51,914 nucleotides of DNA from the NCBI GenBank assembly GCA_964352945.1, contig CAYGTU010000002.1:1-51914 (forward strand). The letters run 5' to 3'. Shown piece by piece: positions 41,273 through 51,004 of this stretch. The notes under the pieces were generated by a model. The model was not told the origin of the DNA and made no database searches. It was given only the letters and a program-made list of their open reading frames with translations. Origin of the DNA: an uncultured Bacteriovoracaceae bacterium. Its GTDB lineage: Bacteria > Bdellovibrionota > Bacteriovoracia > Bacteriovoracales > Bacteriovoracaceae. The position numbers were made by a program, and so were the translations under genes. Position 1 is the stretch's first letter. Every line of letters starts with the position of its first letter.

Positions 41273-41686
41273 ATGGTGGATCATGTAATTGAAATGAGCC
41301 CTAAATCAATAGAGTCAATTAAAATTCATAAAGGTAATGAGCCTCATGTTTTAGGTCATTTTCCAGGTGCACCTGTTGTTCCAGGGGCAATGCTACAAGA
41401 AATTTGTACCCAGTCAGCAGGAATCCTAATCACAAAATATCATTCACCAGTAGAGAATTACCACAGTGAAAAAACTAAGGGTTGGGCTCTTGGTGTATTA
41501 AATAAAGTGGAATATGCTAAGTTTTTAGGTATTACAAAACCAGATAAAGAAATTACGGCAAAAGTTGAACTTGTTGAAAGTCTTGGTAACCTGTTTAAGT
41601 TTAAAGCTGAAGTTTTTCAATTAGGTGTTTTAAAAGCGAAATTCAGGTTTAATCTTGTAAATGCATCTGATGAAATTCTTTATTAA
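41273..41686 (+). CDS. FabZ/FabA-like hot-dog fold dehydratase (start probably upstream, see findings)
   Basis: VDHVIEM...GHFPGAPVVPGAMLQEICTQ is the FabZ active-site region. The conserved ILHHREPYL lies in frame upstream of the first ATG. Confidence 0.7.
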   Translation: MVDHVIEMSPKSIESIKIHKGNEPHVLGHFPGAPVVPGAMLQEICTQSAGILITKYHSPVENYHSEKTKGWALGVLNKVEYAKFLGITKPDKEITAKVELVESLGNLFKFKAEVFQLGVLKAKFRFNLVNASDEILY

Positions 41687-41689
41687 AAA

Positions 41690-42301
41690 TTATTTTTTAG
41701 CGTAAGGTAATCTCTTAATAAGATTCGTTTTATGATACGAATCTAGTCCTGATACACAAAGAGTATTTAAGAATTCAAGATCAATATGGCCATCTTCTTG
41801 AATGGCCAATTCATCTACATAAATAGATTGAATTTCACCGATAATAAAGTTCGTATCATTTTCAGCGATATTAATTTCTCTGATTAGTTTTATTCCCATT
41901 TTAAGATTTGATTCTTTTACAAAGGGTGCAGGGAAATTATCTAAGTATTCTTCAGTTAATCCGGTGAATTTAAATTCCGATTCATCTCTTTCATAGCGAG
42001 CACTAGTTTGATGGGCATTTTCATAGATAGATTCATTAACGTGATTGATAGTATAATGGGATGACTCAATAATATTATCATAGGTATGTCTTGGAGCTAA
42101 ATTAGGACGAGTAATAAAGCCGATCAAGGGGGGATTTGCTCCTAAATGTACAACAGAACTAATGATGGCAAGGTTGGATCCATACTCAGATTTTGTTCCA
42201 ATTAAATTGGCACTTTTAAAACCGGAGAGAGAATTTATAAATTTTGCGCGGTAACGCTGCTCCATTTGTAGTATATTATCATGAGTTAAGTGCTTCATCA
42301 T
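41690..42301 (-). CDS. flavin reductase-like FMN-binding protein
   Basis: FINSLSGFKSANLIGT..NLAIISSVVHLGANPPLIGFITRP resembles the flavin reductase split-barrel domain. Confidence 0.6.
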   Translation of the reverse strand: MMKHLTHDNILQMEQRYRAKFINSLSGFKSANLIGTKSEYGSNLAIISSVVHLGANPPLIGFITRPNLAPRHTYDNIIESSHYTINHVNESIYENAHQTSARYERDESEFKFTGLTEEYLDNFPAPFVKESNLKMGIKLIREINIAENDTNFIIGEIQSIYVDELAIQEDGHIDLEFLNTLCVSGLDSYHKTNLIKRLPYAKK

Positions 42302-42307
42302 TTCTGA

Positions 42308-42823
42308 TTACCATTTTTGGGGTACGCGTTTGATATTTTCAATATTATATTTTTTAGATTTTATACTTTGTTTGATTTTTTCTAATTGGTCCTGGTCCAT
42401 ATCCCAATTTTTACTCATAATCCAAATATAGTTTTGTGAAGGAACACCTATAACAACCCAATCATAGTTTTCATCCATATCAATAATGAGGTAATCAAAT
42501 TTTAAAGGCCAAAAAGGACTTACTTTCCAGTATGCATTAGTTTCTTTGTTTTGAATCCAACCTTTTTGAGGAATTTCTTTTACTTCCCCCTCAAATGAAT
42601 CTTTATTAAAAGAAAAGGCAATGTCTATCCTTTCTTCTTTTGAATTCCAGGTATAAGTTTCAGTCGCATTATGAGCCCCTTTTTCAAGGAAGGTTAATCT
42701 ACCCGCGATGACATACCACTTAGTCATAAATTTTTGAATATCGACGTAGTCGACAGTTTTTTTATAATCCATAGAGCTACATCCAAAACTAAATATACAA
42801 ATGATTAATAATATTATTTTCAT
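42308..42823 (-). CDS. blc: bacterial lipocalin (Blc-like lipoprotein)
   Basis: Lipobox FGCSS. KWYVIAG, YWKVSPFWPLKFDYLIIDMDENYDWVVIGVPSQNYIWIMS. Confidence 0.75.
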   Translation of the reverse strand: MKIILLIICIFSFGCSSMDYKKTVDYVDIQKFMTKWYVIAGRLTFLEKGAHNATETYTWNSKEERIDIAFSFNKDSFEGEVKEIPQKGWIQNKETNAYWKVSPFWPLKFDYLIIDMDENYDWVVIGVPSQNYIWIMSKNWDMDQDQLEKIKQSIKSKKYNIENIKRVPQKW

Positions 42824-42906
42824 TTTAAAACCTTACAATAGATGATCAAGAGTATCTATTAACAATCGCTATACATTTTTGATTACTCTTTAAAATTAAA
42901 GAATTC

Positions 42907-44142
42907 TCAGTATTTAGCTAGTTTTTCAATGAGTTGTTTCACGACAACCCAACCAAGTTTTTGAAAGTAAAACTTAGGTTTTATTGCTAAATAGAGTCCA
43001 CTTTTATCCGCCACTTGAGAAAAATTAAATTCACCAACTTGGGGGATAGAAAAGGATAAATTGCTATTATTTTTAAAACTAAAGTTGGCTGGAATTTGAG
43101 AGAGAATTCCTGAAAAATATTTCAAAGCTTCATCAGCGTTTTTAATAATATTTAAATACGGTAGAAAGATTTGAATGGTCTGACCGTTGATATGATTGGG
43201 TAGCTCATGCATTTTAATTTTATCCATTAAAGTTTCAATCGGTATTTCTTTTAATGGTTCATCTTTTGCTAGATAGAAACTATCTTCAAGATTAAAGCAG
43301 CGTATTCCAAAAATATCATCAGTTTTGTAATCCCCAACAATCGTTTCAAGCTCAATACTTTCTAAAAGCTTTACTCCAACTTTTGCATGCTCAGGAGCAA
43401 CAATTTCAATAACTTTTTGAGCTACCTCTTTGGGCATTTTATCAATGTTGATATGAAGGCGATTGAGTTTTTTAAATTTAGAATATCGTAAAAGCAATTC
43501 TTCATAAGCAATAATATCTTTTCCTCCAATATTAAAAATGGAGTCTTTATCTATTAATTCAATATTTCCAGTATCTTCAAGGTAGTTAATAACATTAATT
43601 AAAGCGATAGGCTGACAATGTGCTTTTGACCATTTAGCCGTGACGATAAAAGGAAGTCTTTCTACTAATGATCGAACTATTTCAAAGGAAGCAGATCCTT
43701 TTCCAATTATGATTGAAGCTCTAAGCTCGATAGTCTTAGCCTCAGTTTTTCTAAAAATTGTTCCAACGTTTTCACGACTTTTTAAATGATCACTTTGACC
43801 TTCTTTTGGAATGATTCCACCAAGGTAAATAATTCGATGTGATGAATTTAATAAACTTGCTAAGTTCTTTGCCTGCATTGATTCATCTTTTGAAAAAGTT
43901 TTACCGCTATCAGACATAGCGTGAGCTAGATAGTAAATTGTTTTAATACCTTTTAGGGCCGGTTCGAGACTATCTTTATTTAATAAATCTCCTTGAACTA
44001 TTTCGGTATTTTCAGACTTACTTAAAACTTTAGAAGGCGTTCGTGCCATTACTCTTATAGGTAAGTTTGAAGTTTCAAGTTTTTCTAATAAACTCGCTCC
44101 TACAAATCCTGTTGCGCCAATAATTAATGTTTCTGGAGCCAT
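42907..44142 (-). CDS. NAD(P)-binding (NmrA/epimerase-like) protein with uncharacterised C-terminal domain
   Basis: LIIGATGFVGASLLEKL Rossmann motif. 411 aa. Confidence 0.6.
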   Translation of the reverse strand: MAPETLIIGATGFVGASLLEKLETSNLPIRVMARTPSKVLSKSENTEIVQGDLLNKDSLEPALKGIKTIYYLAHAMSDSGKTFSKDESMQAKNLASLLNSSHRIIYLGGIIPKEGQSDHLKSRENVGTIFRKTEAKTIELRASIIIGKGSASFEIVRSLVERLPFIVTAKWSKAHCQPIALINVINYLEDTGNIELIDKDSIFNIGGKDIIAYEELLLRYSKFKKLNRLHINIDKMPKEVAQKVIEIVAPEHAKVGVKLLESIELETIVGDYKTDDIFGIRCFNLEDSFYLAKDEPLKEIPIETLMDKIKMHELPNHINGQTIQIFLPYLNIIKNADEALKYFSGILSQIPANFSFKNNSNLSFSIPQVGEFNFSQVADKSGLYLAIKPKFYFQKLGWVVVKQLIEKLAKY

Positions 44143-45512
44143 TGCCTCTGTCCTTTGGAAATTTTATATAAGTGTCGACCAAAAAATACCATAACAAAAA
44201 AATGTATTATAGCTTGAGTATAGCGATAGATATACCATGGAAGTGAAGGTTTAAAATCATGAATTGCTGCGAGGGTATAACGTCCATTTAAAACTTCTCT
44301 AAACTCCAAACGTCCGCTATCTTGTTTATCGGCTAATAAGCCACCTTGAATATAAAATAATTGTCTATCTTGAGTACTTCTTTCAGGTGACCATTTCAAT
44401 ATTAATAACTTTAACTTTCTTGTGATTAATGAGAAGTTAACCCATTCACCTTCTACAACATCGACTATTATAAAGGGAAATAAAAATCGAGGGAGCCAGT
44501 ACATATATTCTATCGCTACGGCCCTAGCATCCATATTTTTGGGGAGAGTAAATCTTTGTACAGATCTCACTGTGTTTCTTTGTACGGCTCTTGTTTGAAA
44601 TTTATATTTATAATCCCTTATATTATGAACAACCAGATTAATGGATTCTTCTACAGTAAGTAGTTTTAAATCTTCCATTTTCATGTTTTCGTTTGGAATC
44701 ATACTATTACTAAGGGATTCCAATAGTGGATACACAAGTCTTTTTGAAGCACCTGAAAATAGAGAAACCCACAAGCGAGATAAAAAGATAAAATTATAGG
44801 GAAATTTAATAAAGTTAATTTTTCTTTTTAGTGATTTGGCCGTTAATTTAAGTAACTCTAAATAGGTGACGTTATCACTAGAGGATAAGTCAAAAACTTT
44901 ATTATTATATTTTTCGTTTTCAATAGATAATTTTAAGGCATCAATAATTGTTTTATAATAAACCGGACTGGTAATATTATTTGTCCAATTAGGACAAACC
45001 ATTAAGGGTAATCTTCTTACTAAATTTAAAACGATATTAAATGAAGAACCTTCTTTACCTAAAACAAGTCCGGCCCTTAGTATGACAAAATTTTTAAAAT
45101 ATTGTTTTAATACGTCTTCAACTTCTAACCTTGATAGTAGATGATTAGAAAGACGTGAAATATTGGGAATAATTCCACTTAAATAAATAACTTTGTTAAC
45201 ATTTTGTTTTTTAGCAGCTCTACCAAAATTATCGGCCAACAATAAATCATAATCAATAAAGTTAGCTTGATCCAGGCGAGCTGAGGGTTGCATGCTATGA
45301 ACCAGGTAATACGCCAAATCTGCCTTCTCAAGTACCTTTTCAATCTGTAGTACTGAGAATAAATCACATGACATCCAAGTAAGATTAAGGTGATTTGATT
45401 CCTTGTATCCTCTAGTTAAGGCAATAATTTCATAATTGCTTTCACTTAGCAAAGCGTCAATTAAATTTTTACCAATAAACCCTGAGGCTCCGGCAATTAC
45501 AACTCTTTTCAT
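44124..45512 (-). CDS. NAD(P)-binding (NmrA/epimerase-like) protein with uncharacterised C-terminal membrane-associated domain
   Basis: VVIAGASGFIGKNLIDAL Rossmann motif. Paralogous N-terminal half to 42907..44142, overlapping it by 19 nt. Confidence 0.6.
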   Translation of the reverse strand: MKRVVIAGASGFIGKNLIDALLSESNYEIIALTRGYKESNHLNLTWMSCDLFSVLQIEKVLEKADLAYYLVHSMQPSARLDQANFIDYDLLLADNFGRAAKKQNVNKVIYLSGIIPNISRLSNHLLSRLEVEDVLKQYFKNFVILRAGLVLGKEGSSFNIVLNLVRRLPLMVCPNWTNNITSPVYYKTIIDALKLSIENEKYNNKVFDLSSSDNVTYLELLKLTAKSLKRKINFIKFPYNFIFLSRLWVSLFSGASKRLVYPLLESLSNSMIPNENMKMEDLKLLTVEESINLVVHNIRDYKYKFQTRAVQRNTVRSVQRFTLPKNMDARAVAIEYMYWLPRFLFPFIIVDVVEGEWVNFSLITRKLKLLILKWSPERSTQDRQLFYIQGGLLADKQDSGRLEFREVLNGRYTLAAIHDFKPSLPWYIYRYTQAIIHFFVMVFFGRHLYKISKGQRQWLQKH

Positions 45513-45576
45513 AGAAATACCTTAACAGATACGAGCAAGAATAGACAATAAAGATGAGTGTAACTAAGATTAGATT

Positions 45577-46338
45577 GTGATTACTTTAAGTTTATTGCCA
45601 AAATTTTTTAAAGACGTTCTTCAGCATATTCCAACACTTGCTTTAAAATCTCTTAATTGGACTCAGGTCTTTAAAAGTATGGGGCCGATGATCCTAAGAA
45701 TGGGTAATTATCCACTCGATACCAAAGAAAGAGAATCGTTAATTTCATTAAAAATTTCAAATATCAATATAGTAAATACTAAAGATATCCCAAAGGCACT
45801 CACTTTTTTAACAGATGAAGAGAAGCTCAAAAGAGGGCAGGATATCTTAAGAATATACTTTGCTCAATTACAAAATCCAGTTGGTCTCAACTTGGATCTT
45901 AGATATAAATATTTTGAACAAACTAGTAATGGACTTTATTGGAGTCCAAATAATGTTTGGTATAAACTTTCAGATAATTTTAGAGTATCTCTATTAAATA
46001 TTTATAAGGGATTTTATTTTAAAGATAATCAACTTTTTAGATCAGCACTAAAAGATATTGGACTGAGTAAAAATTTAAATACTGAAAAAACAAAAGAATT
46101 AGAACAGCTTTTTAATGATCACTTTGGTCCGGGGGAACAAGAATTAGTTAAATTCAAATTAAATGATTTTTCAGAATCGTTCTATGAACTTTTTCATTTT
46201 TTTGTGGAAAATGAAGTTGAACTTGATAAAGATTTTATTTTTCTTGGAATTTACTTAGTAACTCTTTATATGCATTTAGAAGAACTTGATATGGAATTCA
46301 ATGTAAGAGAAGCCTTTAACCAAGTTTTTACTATTTAA
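45577..46338 (+). CDS. hypothetical protein
   Basis: 253-aa ORF with a GTG start. No recognisable domain. Confidence 0.4.
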   Translation: MITLSLLPKFFKDVLQHIPTLALKSLNWTQVFKSMGPMILRMGNYPLDTKERESLISLKISNINIVNTKDIPKALTFLTDEEKLKRGQDILRIYFAQLQNPVGLNLDLRYKYFEQTSNGLYWSPNNVWYKLSDNFRVSLLNIYKGFYFKDNQLFRSALKDIGLSKNLNTEKTKELEQLFNDHFGPGEQELVKFKLNDFSESFYELFHFFVENEVELDKDFIFLGIYLVTLYMHLEELDMEFNVREAFNQVFTI

Positions 46339-47605
46339 TATATTTTTCAGTTATTTCTTTAGGACTAAAATTCGATTTTATTAATTTCGAAATAAAATAA
46401 ACTCCACCAATTTTTCGATCAATGAAAACAGAATCTCCAGGTGGTTTATAGATACTTATTTCTTTTATGATCTTTGGTGCTAGCTTCATTATTCTTTCAG
46501 GTATGTCAGAATCTCCCCATGAGAATTCATCAAAATCAAATGGTTCTCTAACGACCTCAAAATATTGTTTTAATAAATTTCTATCGAAATTAATATCTTC
46601 ATTTAAATAACCCTCATCAAAAAGAGTACCGAGAAAAAGATCAAAGTCATTATCAAGGGCTGACTTGATAAAATTATAACAGCGCTGTCTTAAGTTCTCA
46701 TCAACAATTTTAATAGCACCAAAATCAATTAAGGCCCAACGATAGGGTATACCTTCAGAATCTAGTTGAATAATATAATTTCCAGGGTGAGCATCAGTTT
46801 GCACAATTCCCCATTTAAATGTTTCAAGGAAAAATAATTCGTAAAATGCTACTTTTAAATCTTTTGGCATTTTACTTTCGTCAATTTCTCGAAGAGGAAT
46901 TCCTTCAATAAATTCTGTCGTTAAAATAGAATCAGTTGAAAATTCAGGATAGACTTTAGGGACATAATATAAAGGTGAATCACTTACCGCCTGTCGATAC
47001 ATTTCAATATGCTTTCTTTCAAGAATATAATCTGTTTCTTGATAGAGCATTCTTTTAACTTCTTCAAAGATACTTGTTAAATCTTGTTCCTTTGGAAGTA
47101 CTTTAGAGAGTTTTAAAATAAGTTTTAAAGTAAGAATATCATTATCAATCGATTTTCTCACACCTTTATATTGAATCTTAATTGCTAGAACTTCACCTGT
47201 TTCTTTAAGGATAGCTCGGTGAACCTGACCTAATGAAGCGGCAGCAATTGGTTTTTCTTCGATTTCAAGTTTTTCAAAAAAATGAGAGGGGATATTTTTT
47301 TTAATCTCATCCCATCCAAGAAAATAACTTTGGTTTTCAAGTTTACTAAGTTGTTCTTGTAGTTCTTTAGGTAAAAAGGAATCAGAGTATAATGAAAGCA
47401 TTTGACCAACTTTCATAATTGATCCCTTCATTAGTCCCATTTCATTTATAAGTTGATCAACTTGAGAGCCAACAGCACTTTCAAGTTGTTCCTTTATTCC
47501 TTCAGTTCTATTTTTAACAATTTCCTTACCTGTACCGTAAGCTAGTTTTAATAACTTTAAATTTCTAGAAAACAGACCGCTGGATATTTTTTTTATTTCT
47601 TTCAT
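46331..47605 (-). CDS. ABC1/UbiB-family atypical kinase
   Basis: IAAASLGQVHRAILKETGEVLAIKIQYKGV, QTDAHPGNY, IDFG. ATG at 47605 (the track ORF extends to 47689). Confidence 0.8.
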   Translation of the reverse strand: MKEIKKISSGLFSRNLKLLKLAYGTGKEIVKNRTEGIKEQLESAVGSQVDQLINEMGLMKGSIMKVGQMLSLYSDSFLPKELQEQLSKLENQSYFLGWDEIKKNIPSHFFEKLEIEEKPIAAASLGQVHRAILKETGEVLAIKIQYKGVRKSIDNDILTLKLILKLSKVLPKEQDLTSIFEEVKRMLYQETDYILERKHIEMYRQAVSDSPLYYVPKVYPEFSTDSILTTEFIEGIPLREIDESKMPKDLKVAFYELFFLETFKWGIVQTDAHPGNYIIQLDSEGIPYRWALIDFGAIKIVDENLRQRCYNFIKSALDNDFDLFLGTLFDEGYLNEDINFDRNLLKQYFEVVREPFDFDEFSWGDSDIPERIMKLAPKIIKEISIYKPPGDSVFIDRKIGGVYFISKLIKSNFSPKEITEKYIK

Positions 47606-47709
47606 AAAGATTAGTTCTTTTTCTAATAAATCTAACAGCTTAATCCTAATTTGCCTATAACTAGATGATATTAGACAGTGCCTCGACATGTTAAGTAATT
47701 TTAAGCTTT

Positions 47710-48360
47710 ATGAGCTATAATGAATTTGTGAGAAAAATAATAGCATTTTCATCAATTATTCTTTTATCTTCTTGTTCTCTCTTTGGAATACAAAGTGAGG
47801 AAGGACCTAAATATAAAGTTTTGGTTAAGCAAGGAGATTTTGAAATTCGCCAATACTCTTCCTATATTGTAGCTAAGACGACTGTGAAGGGTAATTATAG
47901 CGACTCATCAAGTGAAGCATTTAGAATTTTAGCAGGCTATATCTTTGGAAAGAATAAAGAAAAAAACAAAATAGCAATGACTTCACCAGTTGAGATGGAA
48001 CAAAAGTCATTACAGATAGCAATGACTTCACCTGTTGAAATGAATCAGTCAGAAGATCAATTTACAATGAAATTTTCTATGCCGTCTCAGTATTCAATGG
48101 AAGATCTGCCAGAACCACTAGATAAGAGAATTGAATTTGAAAAAGTGGAAGAAAAAATAATTGCGAGTCACCAATTTAGCTGGTTTAGTTCAGAGTCTAG
48201 GGTAAAGAGTAAAGCAGATGAACTCTATAAATGGATCAATCAGAACAAGAATTATAACGCAGAAAAAAACCATACTTATGCTGGTTATAATCCACCTTGG
48301 ACGATACCCTTTTTAAGAAGAAATGAAGTTCATATTGAACTTATTAAGAATGGTGAATAA
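47710..48360 (+). CDS. SOUL haem-binding family lipoprotein
   Basis: Lipobox-like LSSCS. PKYKVLVKQGDFEIRQY..AFRILAGYIFGKNK..IAMTSPV. Confidence 0.75.
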   Translation: MSYNEFVRKIIAFSSIILLSSCSLFGIQSEEGPKYKVLVKQGDFEIRQYSSYIVAKTTVKGNYSDSSSEAFRILAGYIFGKNKEKNKIAMTSPVEMEQKSLQIAMTSPVEMNQSEDQFTMKFSMPSQYSMEDLPEPLDKRIEFEKVEEKIIASHQFSWFSSESRVKSKADELYKWINQNKNYNAEKNHTYAGYNPPWTIPFLRRNEVHIELIKNGE

Positions 48361-48596
48361 TGAAAGATGAAAAGTTACTCATAGATGATCAAAAAATTAT
48401 CATTGATAAAATAGTGAATCATCTTTCAAGTCTTGGCAGTAGTATGTATTATGAATCAACAATCAATATTTGCCGTGAGATACATGAGATAATTAAAAAT
48501 AAAAGTTTATTAAATAAGAATGAAAATGATTCTGTTAGTATGCTAAGTCCAGATGATATTCAAATACTTCTTAGTTATAATTCTTCATGTTGTTAA
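48360..48596 (+). CDS. hypothetical small protein
   Basis: 78-aa ORF. The ATG overlaps the upstream TAA (TAATG). No recognisable domain. Confidence 0.4.
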   Translation: MKDEKLLIDDQKIIIDKIVNHLSSLGSSMYYESTINICREIHEIIKNKSLLNKNENDSVSMLSPDDIQILLSYNSSCC

Positions 48597-49223
48597 TAAT
48601 AAAAAATCGTAAGTGATAAACTTTGCTATAAGATAAAAAAATAATCCGCTTAAAATAGGAATAGATAAATTATCATCCAATATTACAAAAAGCTCACTTA
48701 GGGCCCCTAAAAAACCACCAAGAAGAATAAAAACTAGTGAAATATTTAATTGAGTGAAATAACTATATCCATAAATTGTTAAGCAGCACACAATCCAGCA
48801 GCCCAGAAAACCTTCTACACTTTTTCCATTAATGATTTTTCTTTTTCCAAACTTGGTACCAATTAAAGAGGCCAGTGGATCAGCAAAGATGAGTATTAAA
48901 ATCCCCATAATGGCCAAATGCCATGGAAAAATTGAAAAAGTAATACTTACTCCTAGAGCATAGTAAACGAGGCCACTCATTTTATTTTTTTCAGTATCCC
49001 TTAGTAGGGAACCCATATACTTTAAAAATATATTATTTATTTTTTGATTATTAAGTCTTAACATTTCAACAATTAATCCAATTATTGCAATAGAACCACT
49101 TACGATTGCAGCTTGCTTGGAATTAAATTTCAATAAATAAGTAGCAGAGAGAGCGCTAACACCTGTCATAACATGCCAAATTTTTCGACTTAAATGAAGA
49201 TCAGATCTTTTTTTTAATTCCAT
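48585..49223 (-). CDS. diacylglycerol/polyprenol (dolichol/phytol) kinase-family membrane protein
   Basis: HLSRKIWHVMTG motif. 6-7 TM helices. Confidence 0.55.
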   Translation of the reverse strand: MELKKRSDLHLSRKIWHVMTGVSALSATYLLKFNSKQAAIVSGSIAIIGLIVEMLRLNNQKINNIFLKYMGSLLRDTEKNKMSGLVYYALGVSITFSIFPWHLAIMGILILIFADPLASLIGTKFGKRKIINGKSVEGFLGCWIVCCLTIYGYSYFTQLNISLVFILLGGFLGALSELFVILDDNLSIPILSGLFFYLIAKFITYDFLLLTT

Positions 49224-49231
49224 TATTTAAT

Positions 49232-49579
49232 TTAAGCTTTTTTTACTACAGAACATTTAAGATACATTGAACCATGACCATCGACTTTACAAGAAATATC
49301 ATGACCATTAACTGGCGTATCAAGTAACTTGATGCCTCTAACTTTAGTGCCAGATTTGATTGTTCCATTTCCAGCTTTAAGGTCTTTTGCGACAATCACT
49401 GAATCCCCATCTTTAAGTTCAATTCCATTAACATCTAGAAATTGTGGAGTTGATTCTTCTTCAACAATAGCAGCATCTAGAGACCATTCGTGAAAGCATT
49501 CGGGGCATACCCAGAGTTGTCCATCAGGATATCCATAAGGTGAGCTACATTTTGGGCAAGTTTGAGATTCATCAGTCAT
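49232..49579 (-). CDS. phnA: PhnA/YjdM zinc-ribbon protein
   Basis: CPKCSSPYGYPDGQLWVCPECFHEW and C-terminal LKAGNGTIKSGTKVRGIKLLD..GHDISCKVDGHGSMYLKCSVVKKA. Confidence 0.85.
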   Translation of the reverse strand: MTDESQTCPKCSSPYGYPDGQLWVCPECFHEWSLDAAIVEEESTPQFLDVNGIELKDGDSVIVAKDLKAGNGTIKSGTKVRGIKLLDTPVNGHDISCKVDGHGSMYLKCSVVKKA

Positions 49580-49602
49580 GCATAGATTATGCATTTTAAA
49601 TT

Positions 49603-50991
49603 TTACGATGTAAATGGACTTAAATTTTTTATGATTTTTATCAGTTCACTTTGCTTTTGATCACTTGATTTTGTAAACCAAAAGAAATGAGTTTTTACTT
49701 TTTTACGGTCAAAGTAGAGGCAACCAGATTCAATAGGGTTTTTAGTTCCTAAAATCCAAAGGATTGTATCTGCCCCTTGTAAAGGGGATCTTAACCTTCC
49801 TTTCATCTTTTTATCAAATTCAGGAATGGCGCTACTTACTCCAGGAGTTTGCGCCCAACCAGGATGCATGGCAGTTATAATTTGTTCAGAAAATTCTTCT
49901 TTAAAAAAAGGCAGGAGAGTTACCTGTGCTCTTTTAACATTAGCGTAAGTAGCAACTTTATCATATTTAATATTTTCAAAAATAGTACTTAAATCTAGTT
50001 TGGATAAATACATCCCACCAGAGGTAACCCAAACTATTCGAGCACTCTTTTTTAATTTGTTCTTATTTCTTAGTTCACTAATTAAGTAATAATGTCCAAA
50101 TAATTGAGAAGCGAATTGTAACTCAACACCTAGATCATTTTTTTTATATTCAGAAGGCATGCCACCAGCATTAAGCACGACATAGTCAAGAGGCTCAATT
50201 TTTTCTACAACATCAGAGATCTCATTCCACTTTGCCATATCTAATTCTATAAAATCAAAATTATCATGCTGACTTGATGCCAGTTCACCCTTCGTTTTAT
50301 CTCGACCAGTAATCACGACACTTACACCTTGCTTCGCTAGTTCGAGCGCAGTAGCTTGACCAATACCAGATGTTCCTCCAGTTATTATCGCCTTGCTTCC
50401 TGAGATGAATTGGTAAGTTTCGTTAAAACTTTTTTCATGTCGCAGAAATCCACTTTTATCAAAACTATAATAGATACTTGCATCTAATATTTTATTCCAC
50501 ATAAATCCCTCATAAAAAATCTTAATACTTAGGGGAAAGAAGATTCCCCATCCTATTGCAATACCCAAAAAATAATACGGGGATAAAACTGATAAGGGAG
50601 ATATTTTACTTCCACTATAAAAGGCACTTATTCCACCGATTGCACCAAGTAGTGATAAAAAGGGAATTGATTTTTTTGAAAGATAGTTAAAGATGTCCCC
50701 ATAATAAGCAATAAAAACTAAATAAAGTGATGTTAACCATAGAGGAAAACTTTCTTGCCCGTAACTTACGAGTCCAAGTTTATCCAAAAGTGACTCTTGA
50801 ATTATTCCATAAATTAGAAAAAAAATAAGAGTAAAAAGATAATGCCCTTTTGTTATAGCGGGTTTATAGATAAAATAATTAGCTATTGAAATAAATAGAG
50901 CGACAATAAAAATAGGTGTTTGGTATTTGTGGCCATGAGCAACAGAAAGATACCAAAAGCCCTGAAGAATAATTATTTTTAATATGGTCAT
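49603..50991 (-). CDS. fusion of a membrane domain (DUF2878-like) and a short-chain dehydrogenase
   Basis: N-terminal roughly 170 aa with multiple TM segments. C-terminal ITGGTSGIGQATALELAKQG classical SDR motif. Confidence 0.6.
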   Translation of the reverse strand: MTILKIIILQGFWYLSVAHGHKYQTPIFIVALFISIANYFIYKPAITKGHYLFTLIFFLIYGIIQESLLDKLGLVSYGQESFPLWLTSLYLVFIAYYGDIFNYLSKKSIPFLSLLGAIGGISAFYSGSKISPLSVLSPYYFLGIAIGWGIFFPLSIKIFYEGFMWNKILDASIYYSFDKSGFLRHEKSFNETYQFISGSKAIITGGTSGIGQATALELAKQGVSVVITGRDKTKGELASSQHDNFDFIELDMAKWNEISDVVEKIEPLDYVVLNAGGMPSEYKKNDLGVELQFASQLFGHYYLISELRNKNKLKKSARIVWVTSGGMYLSKLDLSTIFENIKYDKVATYANVKRAQVTLLPFFKEEFSEQIITAMHPGWAQTPGVSSAIPEFDKKMKGRLRSPLQGADTILWILGTKNPIESGCLYFDRKKVKTHFFWFTKSSDQKQSELIKIIKNLSPFTS

Positions 50992-51004
50992 ACATAAACC
51001 TAAG

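Noticed and set aside
39966-45367. Track ORFs 39966..40166 and 45179..45367
   Set aside because: They are antisense to longer, better-supported genes.
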